Assembly (NCBI GenBank): GCA_050251055.1
Contig: JBFWNL010000002.1
Location: 288,001 to 352,000 of the forward strand
Direction of reading: 5' to 3'
Origin: Bacteriovoracia bacterium
GTDB taxonomy: Bacteria > Bdellovibrionota > UBA1018 > JBFWNL01
DNA: 64,000 nt
The position numbers and the translations under genes are program-made. Shown here piece after piece: positions 1 to 11,712 of this stretch (positions are counted from its first letter, which is position 1; each line of letters opens with the position of its first letter). Under the pieces are notes generated by a model that was not told where the DNA came from, ran no database searches, and saw only the letters and a list, made by a program, of their open reading frames with translations.

Positions 1-1134
1 CGCCGTGATCTTCAATCCGGAGCCGGCCAGAATCTTTTTCCCCATCTCCACGTTCGTACCTTCTAAGCGCACGACCAGCGGCACCTTGAGCTCAAGCTCC
101 TTCGCCGCCGCGATCACCCCTTCGGCGATGACGTCGCACTTCATAATGCCGCCGAAAATGTTCACCAAAATGGCCTTCACCTTCGGGTCTTTTAAAATAA
201 TCTTAAATGCCGCCGTGACCTTCTCTTTGTTCGCGCCGCCGCCCACATCGAGAAAGTTGGCCGGTTCACCGCCATGCAGTTTAATGATGTCCATGGTGGC
301 CATCGCCAAACCCGCCCCGTTGACCAGGCAGCCGATATTGCCGTCGAGCGCGATGTAGGCGAGATCGTACTTCGACGCCTCCACGTCCTGGGCGTTCTCT
401 TCCTGGATGTCCCGCATCTCGACGATCTCGGGGTGACGAAACAAACCGTTGTCATCGAAGTTAAGCTTCGCGTCGAGCGCGGCGACCTTTCCCTCTTTAG
501 TAAGGATCATCGGATTAATCTCGACCTGGGAACAATCCGTCTGCATGAAGCAGTTGAAGACACCGCGAAAGAAGCCCACCGCTTCCTTGGTTTGCTCACC
601 GGTAAGGCCCAAGGCTTTCGCCAAGCGACGCCCATGAAACGGTTGGAACCCAAGGGTCGGATCAATCGCGACCTTGATGATTTTTTCCGGATGCTTGTGC
701 GCGACTTCCTCGATCTCCATCCCACCTTCGGTGGAGGCCATCATGATGACTTGGGAGATCGCGCGGTCGATCACGACGCCAAGGTAAAACTCCTTGGCGA
801 TGTTCGAGCCTTCCTCGATCCAGACTTTGTGAACCTTCTTGCCCTTGGCGCCGGTCTGCGGCGTGACCAGGGTCTTACCCATGATGTCCTGAGCGGCGGC
901 TTTCACTTCATCGAGGGATTTGCAAACCTTCACGCCCCCCGCCTTGCCGCGGCCGCCGGCGTGGATTTGAGCCTTCACCACCCACACCGTATTGCCGCGT
1001 TCCTTCGCAAGCTCCTTGGCCGCGGTTTCCGCGTGGCCCGCGACATTGCCGCCTTCTTCGATCAGGCGGCCTTCGGGCACGCGCACGCCGAACTTTTTCA
1101 GAACCTGCTTGGCTTGGTATTCATGAATGTTCAC
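1..1134 (-). CDS. sucC: Succinyl-CoA ligase (ADP-forming) beta subunit, 3' end runs off window
   Basis: Not in ORF track (no stop in window). Read manually: GTG at 1134 gives MNIHEYQAK..., [49 protein letters not shown]; GGGGGA SD upstream. Confidence 0.96.
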   Translation of the reverse strand, partial: MNIHEYQAKQVLKKFGVRVPEGRLIEEGGNVAGHAETAAKELAKERGNTVWVVKAQIHAGGRGKAGGVKVCKSLDEVKAAAQDIMGKTLVTPQTGAKGKKVHKVWIEEGSNIAKEFYLGVVIDRAISQVIMMASTEGGMEIEEVAHKHPEKIIKVAIDPTLGFQPFHGRRLAKALGLTGEQTKEAVGFFRGVFNCFMQTDCSQVEINPMILTKEGKVAALDAKLNFDDNGLFRHPEIVEMRDIQEENAQDVEASKYDLAYIALDGNIGCLVNGAGLAMATMDIIKLHGGEPANFLDVGGGANKEKVTAAFKIILKDPKVKAILVNIFGGIMKCDVIAEGVIAAAKELELKVPLVVRLEGTNVEMGKKILAGSGLKITA

Positions 1135-1169
1135 TGATTATCCCCCCAAAACGTACTGCGATTCAAAAT

Positions 1170-1200
1170 GGTCCTGCGCCCGAGGTGCGGGCGCAGGACC
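1170..1200 (-). terminator. 13-bp perfect hairpin between mdh and sucC (weak terminator or mRNA-stabilising stem)
   Basis: GGTCCTGCGCCCG-AGGTG-CGGGCGCAGGACC; only a short ATTTT tail on the minus strand. Confidence 0.5.
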
Positions 1201-1206
1201 CTAAAA

Positions 1207-2289
<1,083 letters not shown>

Positions 2290-2325
2290 TTAGCGCCAAG
2301 CGAACCAAATGACTCGCTGCGCTGA

Positions 2326-3651
2326 CTACATTTTAGCGATGACCGCGTCGCCGAATTCCGAGCACTTAATTTCGGCTACGCCGGCTTGACCTTCTTGGGT
2401 CATCAGGCGAGCGAAATCGTAGGTCACGCGTTTGGCGCCGATCGCCCCGTCCATGCCCTTGATGATCAGGTCGGCGGCTTCCGTCCACCCCATGTAGCGC
2501 AACATCATCTCGCCCGACAGGATCACGGAACCCGGGTTCACCTTGTCCTGATTGGCGTACTTCGGGGCCGTGCCGTGCGTGGCTTCGAACACCGCGTGGC
2601 CAGTCTTATAGTTGATATTGCCGCCCGGGGCGATGCCGATACCACCCACTTGCGCGGCCAAAGCGTCGGACAGGTAGTCGCCGTTGAGGTTCAGGGTCGC
2701 GATCACGTCGAACTCCGCCGGACGCGTGAGTACCTGCTGGAGCGTGATGTCGGCGATCGAGTCCTTGATGATGAGCTTACCTTCTTTTTCGGCCGCCTTC
2801 ATCTCCGCGTTCGCGGCTTCCTCGCCTTTTTCCTTTTTGGTCTTTTCCCACTTATCCCAGGTATAGACCTGGGCGCCGAACTCGCGCTCGGCCAGCTCGT
2901 AGCCCCAGGTGCGGAAGCCGCCCTCGGTGAACTTCATGATGTTGCCCTTGTGCACGAGCGTGAGCGATTTGCACTTATTAGCGAAGGCGTATTCCAAGGC
3001 GGAGCGCACCAGGCGCTCGGTGCCCTCGCGTGACACTGGCTTCACGCCGATGCCGGTCGTTTCCGGGAAACGAATTTTCTCGTAAGCCTTCGGGAAGTTT
3101 TCCTTCAGCAACGAGAGGAATTTCTTCGCGTCGGCGCTGCCGGCTTCGAACTCGATGCCGGCGTAGATGTCTTCGGTGTTCTCGCGGAAAATCGTCATGC
3201 TGACTTTTTCCGGAGTCTTCACGGGCGAAGGCACGCCCTTGAACCAGCGCACGGGGCGCAGGCAGGTGTAAAGATCGAGCATCTGGCGCAAAGCCACGTT
3301 CAACGAACGGATGCCGCCGCCGATCGGAGTGGTCAAAGGCCCCTTGATCGAAACCAAGTAATGTCGGCAAGCCGTGATGGTGTCTTCGGGAAGCCAGCTG
3401 TTAAACTTGTTGAAGGACTTTTCGCCGGCGTAAACTTCGAACCATTCGATCTTGCGCTTGCCGCCGTAGGCTTTCTTAACGGCCGCATCAAACACCTTTT
3501 GCGATGCGCGCCAGATATCGGGGCCCGTGCCGTCGCCTTCGATGAACGGGATGATGGGATGATCCGGAACCACGAGCTTGCCGTTCTGGATGGAGCAGAC
3601 TTCGCCCGCAGTCGGGGCCTTCAGACTTTGAAAATTAGGATGTTGAGCCAT
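2326..3651 (-). CDS. icd: NADP-dependent isocitrate dehydrogenase (dimeric type)
   Basis: [56 protein letters not shown]. Confidence 0.97.
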   Translation of the reverse strand: MAQHPNFQSLKAPTAGEVCSIQNGKLVVPDHPIIPFIEGDGTGPDIWRASQKVFDAAVKKAYGGKRKIEWFEVYAGEKSFNKFNSWLPEDTITACRHYLVSIKGPLTTPIGGGIRSLNVALRQMLDLYTCLRPVRWFKGVPSPVKTPEKVSMTIFRENTEDIYAGIEFEAGSADAKKFLSLLKENFPKAYEKIRFPETTGIGVKPVSREGTERLVRSALEYAFANKCKSLTLVHKGNIMKFTEGGFRTWGYELAEREFGAQVYTWDKWEKTKKEKGEEAANAEMKAAEKEGKLIIKDSIADITLQQVLTRPAEFDVIATLNLNGDYLSDALAAQVGGIGIAPGGNINYKTGHAVFEATHGTAPKYANQDKVNPGSVILSGEMMLRYMGWTEAADLIIKGMDGAIGAKRVTYDFARLMTQEGQAGVAEIKCSEFGDAVIAKM

Positions 3652-3680
3652 GCGCCCTACGATAGCGCAGGGGGCCCGGA

Positions 3681-5255
3681 TTATTCAAGGTTATACGGCT
3701 GATAATTGATGCTGACCGAATCGCCCGCGCCCAAGCCATTGATGAGATTATTATCGGTGATCGTCAGGACGCGACCGTTCACCGTGAACTGGTTCGGCTG
3801 GACTTGGTAAACGGTACCGTTTGCATAGATGATCTTCACGATCATCCATTCGATATGGTCGGGCGTGTAAGTCAGATGAAACTGAGCTTTCTTTTCGATG
3901 ATCTTGAGGCCAATCGCCTCGAGTAACGGCGCGTAATCCGTGGAATCGACGTTCATGACGAGCGATCCATTCGCTACCTCGTCCACTAAAAGCCCAAAAC
4001 GATAACCGCGGGTACCGGTTCCGGTCGTGCGCTGGATCGAAACCGCGAAATAGTTCGGATCACCGCCGGCACCGGACTCATCCAATGTGCGGAAAAACCC
4101 ATCCAGGCTGTCCTTGAAATCGCCTATCGGTAATTCCCAAGCCGGGTCCGGACAATCGGACGGTCCATACGTGATGCCTTGAGCATCGGTATGCCTACAA
4201 ATCGCGTTCGAAGTGATGTAATGGCTGTTGGGCGTGCTCTGATTCGGATCAAAGAGCATGCTTTGGTCGTCTTCATCCCCGACAAAAACCACCACCCGCA
4301 ACGAGCCCGGGCGAAAGAAGCGAGTAATCGGATCGCTTTCGTTATCGTTCAAGAGCTGGAGCACCGACTGCATCGAACGCTCCGAGCCCGAGCCCATGGT
4401 GGATACGCTGGCGTTCACCATGAAATCCTTCACCAACTGATCGATCCAGGCCTGGTCGCCCGGCACGCCCGCAGGCGGCATGGTCGTGATGATCGGCTTA
4501 CCGCTACGAACCGTGTTGTTCATATGCGTGTTCACGCATTGGCTTTCGCTGGTTTGCGCACCCACGGGATTCAGGCATCTTTCCACACCCGTACCGTATT
4601 GCGCCTGCGCCGGATCGTCCCGTCGATAGCAGTTCAGCGGGGCATCCATGAAGTTCGAGGTGTCAGACTTTTCCCAGCACATGCTCAAGTCAGGCCCGTC
4701 GTGAACGCCGGGCAGGAGCTTCGCGTAGTTTTGCGCGAGTTGTGGCTTGATGTCTTTGATCTTCACGCCAGCCGCGGGGCCCCGCCAGCGGCTCGTGGCC
4801 GCGTGCCAGGTAATCAGGCTCGGCGCCCAGGGCTGGTTGGTGTAAGGGGCGGAGCGCGCGTTCGCGCCGATCCCGTTCAAGTAGTTGGAAGCATAACCGT
4901 TCGCCACCACCGTGCCCGAAATGGGCGTCACGTTAATGTAGTTAGAAAACGACGCGTGCGCCAGGTAGGTATCGCTGCGGATCACGGCCGTGCGAATGTC
5001 CCACGTGGGTTTCATGTATTGCTGGGCAAAACTCGCAAAGCCCTGTCGCAGCTTTTGCTGCACGGGCTCCATGCTGCCGGAGTTGTCCACGACCCAAAGC
5101 AAGTCGAGCTTCGTGTTGAAATCGATCAAAGCCGGAAAAGACTGTTCTTGCTGCAGGTAGCGAAAGGAATTGGGCAACTGGCCGGTGCAAGCCGTGGCAA
5201 GCGTAAGCAATAGCGCCATGCCCTGGAACAGTGGTTTGCGCTGGGTGTTTTTCAT
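3681..5255 (-). CDS. Lipoprotein with vWA/MIDAS domain (CglB-like adhesin candidate)
   Basis: Lipobox LATAC; [12 protein letters not shown] (DxSxS), [23 protein letters not shown]; several Cys in inserts. Confidence 0.75.
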   Translation of the reverse strand: MKNTQRKPLFQGMALLLTLATACTGQLPNSFRYLQQEQSFPALIDFNTKLDLLWVVDNSGSMEPVQQKLRQGFASFAQQYMKPTWDIRTAVIRSDTYLAHASFSNYINVTPISGTVVANGYASNYLNGIGANARSAPYTNQPWAPSLITWHAATSRWRGPAAGVKIKDIKPQLAQNYAKLLPGVHDGPDLSMCWEKSDTSNFMDAPLNCYRRDDPAQAQYGTGVERCLNPVGAQTSESQCVNTHMNNTVRSGKPIITTMPPAGVPGDQAWIDQLVKDFMVNASVSTMGSGSERSMQSVLQLLNDNESDPITRFFRPGSLRVVVFVGDEDDQSMLFDPNQSTPNSHYITSNAICRHTDAQGITYGPSDCPDPAWELPIGDFKDSLDGFFRTLDESGAGGDPNYFAVSIQRTTGTGTRGYRFGLLVDEVANGSLVMNVDSTDYAPLLEAIGLKIIEKKAQFHLTYTPDHIEWMIVKIIYANGTVYQVQPNQFTVNGRVLTITDNNLINGLGAGDSVSINYQPYNLE

Positions 5256-5357
5256 AGAGCGACCTATTCCGTTTCTACCCTAAAAACTAAATATTAATAA
5301 CAATATTAGAATAAATTAATTTTTAAGAAAATGCAACACCAGTCAATTAATTAAATT

Positions 5358-5370
5358 TAATATATTGATA
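5358..5370 (-). promoter_or_regulatory. Putative IHF site in very AT-rich promoter region of vWA lipoprotein gene
   Basis: Minus strand TATCAATATATTA matches WATCAA-N4-TTR, within an AT tract at ~5280-5400. Confidence 0.4.
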
Positions 5371-5392
5371 TTATTAAACTTTATCTACAATG

Positions 5393-5428
5393 AAGAAAAA
5401 TGGCCTGACTCTCCGGAGAGCCAGGCCT
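5393..5428 (-). terminator. Intrinsic terminator after 5466-6353 gene
   Basis: Minus strand GGCCTGGCTCTC-CG-GAGAGTCAGGCC followed by ATTTTTCTT. Confidence 0.7.
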
Positions 5429-5465
5429 TCTTCCTCACTCATTGCCGAATTGGGAAGCTAAATGC

Positions 5466-6353
5466 CTATTTCAAGACGCACTGAAGACGGGCCAAGTCCT
5501 GCACGAATTTAACCTTCCCCGAAACGAATTCTCGGTGAATCGCTGCCTGCGCCGTAAACGTCCGACTCAGATCAAATGTTCCGCGCAATAGCAGGCTCTT
5601 CTCCTCCATATACCAAGGCACCCACTTCACCGTCCCATCCACCTGGGGCATCGAAATGAGCTCTGGAGACTCCGCCACGTAAACGACCACGTCGGCCACG
5701 AGCGGACTGCCGGCAAAAACCACCCGAACCCGCAAGGAGCCCTGCTGCTCCCCCAAGACGCGGGGCAAACCATTGGCGTCGAAATATTGCGAAGTCGCCG
5801 GCATCCCCGTCAGGCTCGACCATCGAGTCCAAGTACGTTCCTCGTTCGTCACCGTTTCTCGAACCTGGACGCGACACTCTAGCTGCTGACTCGAATTCGC
5901 CGGACGGTTCTTAATCAAACCCAAGAGACGTCCAGAAACCAAGAACCCCTCGTCCGCCAGGCGGAGAATACCGAGGTACTCATGAAGCACGAGGGTAATT
6001 CGGGCATCGGTATCGAGCTGCGCCCAACGGGTACGGCTAAGTTCGATTTTCTTGACGTCGGGGTAATTGATCGCGTCCACTTCACGACGGCCCCGCGCAT
6101 CCTCTAGGTAAGCATGATCGATTGAGGTCACTTGCGTGGCGTCAATCGCCTTCGCCAGTTCTTCCGAAGCAATTTCCGGGAATTGATCGGCGTAGGCTCG
6201 AACGTAACCCAAAGCGCCTCGCCCCATCGCCGTAAACTCCAAGGCGTATGCGTCACCGCCGCCACCCACACCAGTGGCCCCTCCACCACCTTCGACGCCG
6301 GCCACCGCTGACAAGCCCCATGCGAGCACTAGGATACTAACTATTTTTTTCAT
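5466..6353 (-). CDS. Secreted hypothetical protein with Gly-rich mature N-terminus and HEYLG motif
   Basis: Signal peptide MKKIVSILVLAWGLSAVA, then GVEGGGGATGVGGGGD; LVLHEYLG; AAGGAG SD. Confidence 0.8.
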   Translation of the reverse strand: MKKIVSILVLAWGLSAVAGVEGGGGATGVGGGGDAYALEFTAMGRGALGYVRAYADQFPEIASEELAKAIDATQVTSIDHAYLEDARGRREVDAINYPDVKKIELSRTRWAQLDTDARITLVLHEYLGILRLADEGFLVSGRLLGLIKNRPANSSQQLECRVQVRETVTNEERTWTRWSSLTGMPATSQYFDANGLPRVLGEQQGSLRVRVVFAGSPLVADVVVYVAESPELISMPQVDGTVKWVPWYMEEKSLLLRGTFDLSRTFTAQAAIHREFVSGKVKFVQDLARLQCVLK

Positions 6354-7170
6354 TTCGACTCTCCTTCGCAGTTTTAGTTAATGGGAAAAATTGAACATTC
6401 AACTGGTAAACTTCTTCTCTCTCGCCCTCGGTTAGAAAGTGGGCCATCTCTTTCTGGAAATTTTGAATGCGCCGCTTGGCCTCATCTAAACGATCCAGCC
6501 GAATCGCCATCGTCATGCCGGAAATGGAACGCGCCTCGAAGTCAGCCTCCTTCGTTCGCTGAAGCTCCTCCCGTGCCCGCTCAATCATCTGCTGATGGAA
6601 GCTGCGAATTTCTGGCGCCGATCGGCTCGTGGGGAAGAAAACCTTTTCCCGAGATTTACGTAAAACACCCCGCTGCAGAGTCAGTAAGCCCAATGACTCC
6701 AAACGCTCGATCGCGGTACGCGCCTCCCCGGTCTCGATCCCCAACCGCTGCGCGATCCAGTTCGGATCGTCACGGAATCCTCGAGTGGTGCTCAAATCCA
6801 AGATCGCCACATGATGCCATTGGCTGATCACCCGGAACTTCTCTAGGCCCAAATCCTCGAAGAGCGCCTGCGCGACCCGTTCCGCTCGACGCGCGCGCGC
6901 GGACTCGACCCTACCGGTTCGCTTCGCGTTCGCCGGAAGCGCAAGCAAGGTCCACTCAAGGAGCTGCTCGGCCTGCGCACGATCCAACCCCAAAAGCACA
7001 CTGACCTGCATCGCCTGCTTCGCCGTAAGGGGACGCTTCCCGTTCATCACCATGCTCAGCAGCGCTTGGCTCATGCCCAGGTCCCGCGCGAAAGCACGCG
7101 TCGAATAGGAAGGATTGCGTGCTCGACGTTCCCGAAAAACACTGCGGATAAACTCGGCCGGTTTCGTCAT
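6337..7170 (-). CDS. TIGR02147/DUF4423-family HTH protein
   Basis: RNPSYSTRAFARDLGMSQALLSMVMNGKR HTH; ISQWHHVAI; WIAQRLGI wHTH; IRSFHQQM; VYQLNVQFFPLT. Confidence 0.88.
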   Translation of the reverse strand: MTKPAEFIRSVFRERRARNPSYSTRAFARDLGMSQALLSMVMNGKRPLTAKQAMQVSVLLGLDRAQAEQLLEWTLLALPANAKRTGRVESARARRAERVAQALFEDLGLEKFRVISQWHHVAILDLSTTRGFRDDPNWIAQRLGIETGEARTAIERLESLGLLTLQRGVLRKSREKVFFPTSRSAPEIRSFHQQMIERAREELQRTKEADFEARSISGMTMAIRLDRLDEAKRRIQNFQKEMAHFLTEGEREEVYQLNVQFFPLTKTAKESRNEKNS

Positions 7171-7213
7171 GGGAGCACAGCTAACGCGAGCGATTGCCGC
7201 CGTCCACGGCTTT

Positions 7214-7228
7214 TAATCAAAGTGATTA
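7214..7228. promoter_or_regulatory. Palindrome upstream of TIGR02147 gene (candidate operator)
   Basis: TAATCA-AAG-TGATTA, ~45 bp upstream of the ATG at 7170. Confidence 0.35.
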
Positions 7229-7247
7229 CAAATGTGATCCGGCGCAG

Positions 7248-8702
7248 CTAATCACTACGACTTTCCGCGTTATTCCAAAGATGGAAAGCCACCAATGCGA
7301 TGCCAGTGGCAGCAAATCCGATATAAAGTGCATCGACATTCGACCAAAAACCCACTCGCCCTACGTAGCGCCAAACAATCACGCTCCCCGCACCCAGCAA
7401 GCACGTGAACATGAACTGCCCGTCGCGTACTCGGCGGGGAAAAAAGAACCCGTACATGAGCGGAAAGAGCAAGCACGCGGACCAAAAGCTCCCCATCGTC
7501 TTCCATGCGTGTTTGATATTGCCGCTAAAGAACTGCGCCATGCCGATGGACAACACGGCGACGGAGATGATTCCCACCCGATGGGCGGACACCCTCCCCC
7601 GCCATCGCGCCGGCAGCAGATCATGCGCCACCGTGGTGCCCGCAATAAACAGAAAAGTGTCTACAGTCGACACGATCGTTGCGAGAATCCCGGCGACGAA
7701 AAATCCACGCGCGCCCGGGGGCAGGAGCTGCAAGGCGTAGATCAGGTAGGAGCCTTTGGCGTCGGCCTCCGGAATCGCGGCTCGCGCGTACATCCCTCCG
7801 AGCGTGGTGCAAATATCGAAGGCGCACCAGATAACGGTACACACGAGAATCCCCCGTCGTGCGGTTTTCTCCGATTCCGCCGCGAAGCAAAGCTGGTAAA
7901 AAGTCGGATCCACCAAAGTAGAAAGTGCGATAAAACCCCAGACCATTACCGAGGCGAGCGACTCCCCACCCATGGGCTCGAAATGCGTGGCTGGTAGGTG
8001 AGCCGCCAGATAGGACCAGCCGCCTAACCCCCACCAGGAGCACACCACCACCATCGCGACGGAAGCGCACATTACGAAGAACAAAACGACGTCCGAGTAA
8101 ACATCGCCCCGAAAGCCACTCGTAATGCAGTAGCTCACGACCAAGGTCATGCCTAAAACCGTGCTTCCCAAAAGCGAGAATCCGAACAATGCCTGCAGGA
8201 ACAAGCCCAAGCTCATCGCGTAGGCGATGGGGACCATGTTGAAAAAATTGAAGACCGCGCTGAGCTTCGCCGACCTCGGACCGAAGACCTGCGCCACGAT
8301 GTCCGGCAGCGTGACCGCCTCAAATCGCCTCACGCGTTTCACGAGCACTAGGGCGAAAAAAGCGTACGTCAGGTACCAAAAAAAACCCTGGGTGACGAAG
8401 TTATAAACCCCCTTTTCGAACGCGATCTGGGTCACGCCGAAGATCCCGCCATACCAGCTCGACATAAGGGAGGCCACGAAGAGCGGAAGGGTGAGTCGAC
8501 GCCCCATCAACAGGAAGTCGAGATAGGAAGCCTCCCCCTTCCCCTTCCCTCCGGCGGCCCGCTCGCTCGCCTCCAGCCGGACCTTACGCCGACTGGCATA
8601 AATTACCGCCCCATAGGCGGCGATCAGGACCAAGCCAAAAACCGCCCAATCGAGAATGGATAAAACTTCAGAATAGTGAATTTGCGGCTGAAAAACCAGC
8701 AT
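7248..8702 (-). CDS. Sodium:solute symporter (SSS) family; likely thiamine or thiamine-precursor transporter
   Basis: ~13 hydrophobic segments; DFLLMGRRL, SSWYGG, GFRGDVYSD, ILATIVSTVD; start moved to ATG 8702 because 8703-8735 lies in the TPP aptamer. Confidence 0.85.
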   Translation of the reverse strand: MLVFQPQIHYSEVLSILDWAVFGLVLIAAYGAVIYASRRKVRLEASERAAGGKGKGEASYLDFLLMGRRLTLPLFVASLMSSWYGGIFGVTQIAFEKGVYNFVTQGFFWYLTYAFFALVLVKRVRRFEAVTLPDIVAQVFGPRSAKLSAVFNFFNMVPIAYAMSLGLFLQALFGFSLLGSTVLGMTLVVSYCITSGFRGDVYSDVVLFFVMCASVAMVVVCSWWGLGGWSYLAAHLPATHFEPMGGESLASVMVWGFIALSTLVDPTFYQLCFAAESEKTARRGILVCTVIWCAFDICTTLGGMYARAAIPEADAKGSYLIYALQLLPPGARGFFVAGILATIVSTVDTFLFIAGTTVAHDLLPARWRGRVSAHRVGIISVAVLSIGMAQFFSGNIKHAWKTMGSFWSACLLFPLMYGFFFPRRVRDGQFMFTCLLGAGSVIVWRYVGRVGFWSNVDALYIGFAATGIALVAFHLWNNAESRSD

Positions 8703-8703
8703 C

Positions 8704-8796
8704 GGACATCCTTTCGCCAGCATTACCTGGATCAAGTTCTTGGGTCGCCCGAGTCAATCGAGCCTCTCAGCCGCAAACGGCAGCTCCCCGTGTAGG
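8704..8796 (-). ncRNA. TPP (THI-box) riboswitch
   Basis: Minus strand GGGGAGC-P3(GCCG TTTG CGGC)-TGAGA-P3a-ACCC-AAGAACTTGATCCAGGTAATGCTGGCGAAAGGA; its 3' end overlaps the SD of the symporter. Confidence 0.92.
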
Positions 8797-8858
8797 GCCT
8801 GCCTAGCAGATCCGGACGAAGGTTGCCACCCTCCTTTAAACGGGATACAAATGCGGGA

Positions 8859-9806
8859 GTGAAAACCCAGGAAATTCCGCCAGATTTGGACTTATTCGCG
8901 GAGATCGCGCGGCTTAAAAAAGCCAAGAACGCGGTGGTCCTGGCGCACTATTATCAAGAAGGCGACATCCAAGACATCGCCGACTTCGTGGGCGATAGCC
9001 TGGAACTCGCGCGCGCCGCCCAGCGCAGCACCGCTCAGATCATCCTGTTCGGGGGCGTGCACTTCATGGCCGAAGGCGCGAAGATCCTGAACCCCACCCG
9101 CAAGGTGCTCATGCCTGATCTACGCGCCGGTTGCTCGCTCTCCGATAGCTGCCCTCCCGACGCGTTCGCGAAGTTCCGGGCGAAGTACCCGGATCATTTT
9201 GTCGTTTCCTACATCAACTGCTCGGCCGCGATCAAAGCCCAGAGCGATGTGATCTGCACGAGCTCCAACGCCGTCCGCATGATCGAGAATATCCCGAAAG
9301 ATCGCGGCATCATCTTCGCGCCCGACCGCAACCTGGGCGCCTGGGTAGCCAAACAGACTGGCCGCGAGATGGTGCTCTGGCAGGGCACCTGTATCGTGCA
9401 CGAGACATTCTCCGAACGGAAAATCATCGGACTGCAGGTGGAGCATCCCGACGCGGAGCTGATCGCGCATCCGGAGTGCGAGCCCTCCCTGCTCGCGCGC
9501 GCGAAATTCATCGGCAGCACTTCCGCCCTGCTCCGCTACGTCACCGACAGCAAGCATAAGAAGTTCATCGTGGCCACCGAAGTGGGCATTCTGCATCGAA
9601 TGCGACGGCAAGCGCCGGGAAAAATTCTCATCCCCGCGCCTCCCAACCAAAACTGCGCATGCAACGAATGCCCGTTCATGAAGCTCAACACGATCGAGAA
9701 AGTATACCTAGCGCTTCGGGACGAAACCCCCGAACTCTTGATGCCCGAAGACCTGCGCCAAAAAGCCCTACTCCCGATGGAGAGAATGCTCGAATGGTCG
9801 GCATGA
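8859..9806 (+). CDS. nadA: Quinolinate synthase
   Basis: LAHYYQ, GDSLEL, GVHFMAE, AGCSL, CTSSNA, CIVH, IAHPEC, CPFMK; probable GTG start 8859. Confidence 0.95.
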   Translation: MKTQEIPPDLDLFAEIARLKKAKNAVVLAHYYQEGDIQDIADFVGDSLELARAAQRSTAQIILFGGVHFMAEGAKILNPTRKVLMPDLRAGCSLSDSCPPDAFAKFRAKYPDHFVVSYINCSAAIKAQSDVICTSSNAVRMIENIPKDRGIIFAPDRNLGAWVAKQTGREMVLWQGTCIVHETFSERKIIGLQVEHPDAELIAHPECEPSLLARAKFIGSTSALLRYVTDSKHKKFIVATEVGILHRMRRQAPGKILIPAPPNQNCACNECPFMKLNTIEKVYLALRDETPELLMPEDLRQKALLPMERMLEWSA

Positions 9807-10429
9807 CGCGCGCTCAACTCGACCCCAAGCAGCTCGGTGGCCCGGCCGTGTACAAAATCATGATCGGCGCGATCGTTCCCCGGCCCATCGCCTGGGTCAG
9901 CACGATCAGCGTCGAGGGCGTGACCAACGTCGCGCCTTTCTCCTTCTTTAATGGCGTGGCGTCGAACCCACCGTCACTGATGTTCTCCATCACGCGCAAA
10001 AGCGACGGCGGCAAGAAGGACAGCTTGCGCAACATCGAAGCCACGGGCGAGTTCGTTGTGAACATCGCGCACGAGGCAAGCGCGCGCCCGCTTCACGAAA
10101 CGTCCGCGGAGTATCCCTACGGGGTCAGCGAATTCACGCGCGTCGGACTCACCGCTCTACCCTCTCGGCAAGTACGCGCCCCTGGCGTGGCGGAAGCACC
10201 GATCCAACTCGAATGCCGCCTGCATCAAAAACTCGAAATCGGCGCCGGCGGCCCCGGATCCGCCACCATCATCGTAGGGGAAATCATCCACATCCAGGCC
10301 TCAACGGACGTTTATGCGAACGGCAAGATCGCGATCGAAAAGTTACGGCCCATCGCCCGACTCGCAGGTCGGAGCTACACCAAACTCGGCGAGGTATTCG
10401 AGCAACCCGCTCCGGAGATCAAGACATGA
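9803..10429 (+). CDS. Flavin reductase-like (FMN-binding split barrel) family protein
   Basis: [38 protein letters not shown]; ATGA overlap with nadA stop. Confidence 0.88.
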   Translation: MTRAQLDPKQLGGPAVYKIMIGAIVPRPIAWVSTISVEGVTNVAPFSFFNGVASNPPSLMFSITRKSDGGKKDSLRNIEATGEFVVNIAHEASARPLHETSAEYPYGVSEFTRVGLTALPSRQVRAPGVAEAPIQLECRLHQKLEIGAGGPGSATIIVGEIIHIQASTDVYANGKIAIEKLRPIARLAGRSYTKLGEVFEQPAPEIKT

Positions 10430-11712
10430 AAACGGAACTCAAATATCAATCGGGATTCTGGAACCACTTCGAAACCGAAGCGAAGCCCGGCGCGCTCCCC
10501 GTGGGCCAGAACTCCCCCCAAGTGGCGGCCCATGGACTTTACGCTGAACAGTTATCCGGAGCCGCGTTCACGGCCCCCCGGCACGAGAACCTGCGCTCGT
10601 GGCTTTATCGCTTACAGCCCGCCGTCGTTCACGGGGCATTCACCCCCCTCGAAAATCGACGCTGGCTCTCGGCGGAGGGGGCGCTCGGCACGAATCCGAC
10701 TCAGCTGCGCTGGGATCCGCCGGGCGCGATCAAGCGTACGGCCGATTTCATTGACGGCATTGAAACCTTCGCCACCTGCGGCAGCCTCACCGGCCAGCTT
10801 GGCGCCGGCGTTCACTTCTATCAATGCAACCAGTCCATGACGGATCGCTATCTCTACTGCGCAGATGGCGAGCTCTTAATCGTTCCGCAAAAGGGCGAAC
10901 TACGCATTCACACGGAGCTCGGCTCCCTCGCGATAGCTCCGCGGGAAATCGCGCTCTTGCCTCGAGGGGTGCGCTTCCAGATCGAAGTCACCGGAGAATG
11001 CCTGGGATACATCTGCGAAAACTATGGCGCACCCTTTCGCCTTCCCCACCTGGGGCCCATCGGCGCGAACGGCTTAGCGAATCCGCGTGATTTTCAATCG
11101 CCCGTGGCCCGCTTCGAGAAGAAAAAAGGCGATTTCCAGCTGGTGGCGCGTTTCCAAGGGCGCTTGTGGCAGGCCCCCATTGACCACTCCCCGCTCGACG
11201 TGGTCGGCTGGCACGGCAACTACGCTCCTTGTAAATACAACCTCGATCACTTCAACACCGTCGGGACCGTGAGTTTCGATCACCCCGACCCGTCGATTTT
11301 CACCGTGCTGACATCGCCATCTGACACCCCCGGGACCGCGAACGTGGATTTCGTCATTTTTCCACCCCGCTGGATGGTGGCGGAGCACACCTTCCGGCCG
11401 CCCTACTTTCACCGCAACTGCATGAGCGAGTTCATGGGCCTAATTCAAGGAGAATACGACGCCAAGGGAGAGGGGTTCTTACCCGGAGGAGCCAGCCTGC
11501 ACAACCGCATGTCCGGGCACGGACCGGACGCGGCGAGCTTCGAAAAAGCGTCGCGACAGGAACTGAAGCCCCAGAAGTACGACCACACTTTGGCGTTCAT
11601 GTTTGAGAGCAGGTACGTGTTTCAGCCTACCGAAGTGGCTTTGAAGTCCGCCGCCCTCCAGAAAAACTACCTAGAGTGTTGGCAGGGACTCCAAGCGAAC
11701 GGCAAACTCTAA
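10426..11712 (+). CDS. hmgA: Homogentisate 1,2-dioxygenase
   Basis: [50 protein letters not shown]; ATGA overlap with upstream gene. Confidence 0.96.
   Translation: MKTELKYQSGFWNHFETEAKPGALPVGQNSPQVAAHGLYAEQLSGAAFTAPRHENLRSWLYRLQPAVVHGAFTPLENRRWLSAEGALGTNPTQLRWDPPGAIKRTADFIDGIETFATCGSLTGQLGAGVHFYQCNQSMTDRYLYCADGELLIVPQKGELRIHTELGSLAIAPREIALLPRGVRFQIEVTGECLGYICENYGAPFRLPHLGPIGANGLANPRDFQSPVARFEKKKGDFQLVARFQGRLWQAPIDHSPLDVVGWHGNYAPCKYNLDHFNTVGTVSFDHPDPSIFTVLTSPSDTPGTANVDFVIFPPRWMVAEHTFRPPYFHRNCMSEFMGLIQGEYDAKGEGFLPGGASLHNRMSGHGPDAASFEKASRQELKPQKYDHTLAFMFESRYVFQPTEVALKSAALQKNYLECWQGLQANGKL

Noticed and set aside
274-1137. 287-aa plus-strand ORF and many similar long antisense ORFs (e.g. 4179-5213, 20589-21686, 42013-43272, 56444-57655)
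   Set aside because: Shadows of real genes on the opposite strand caused by GC-rich codon bias; no motifs, Arg/His-rich nonsense composition.
8703-8735. N-terminal extension of the symporter ORF (start 8735) and ORF 8732-8926
   Set aside because: Lie within the TPP aptamer and divergent promoter region.
9659-10425. Long N-terminal extensions of flavin reductase (9659) and hmgA (10213)
   Set aside because: Overlap upstream genes; ATGA-coupled starts at 9803 and 10426 match family N-termini.
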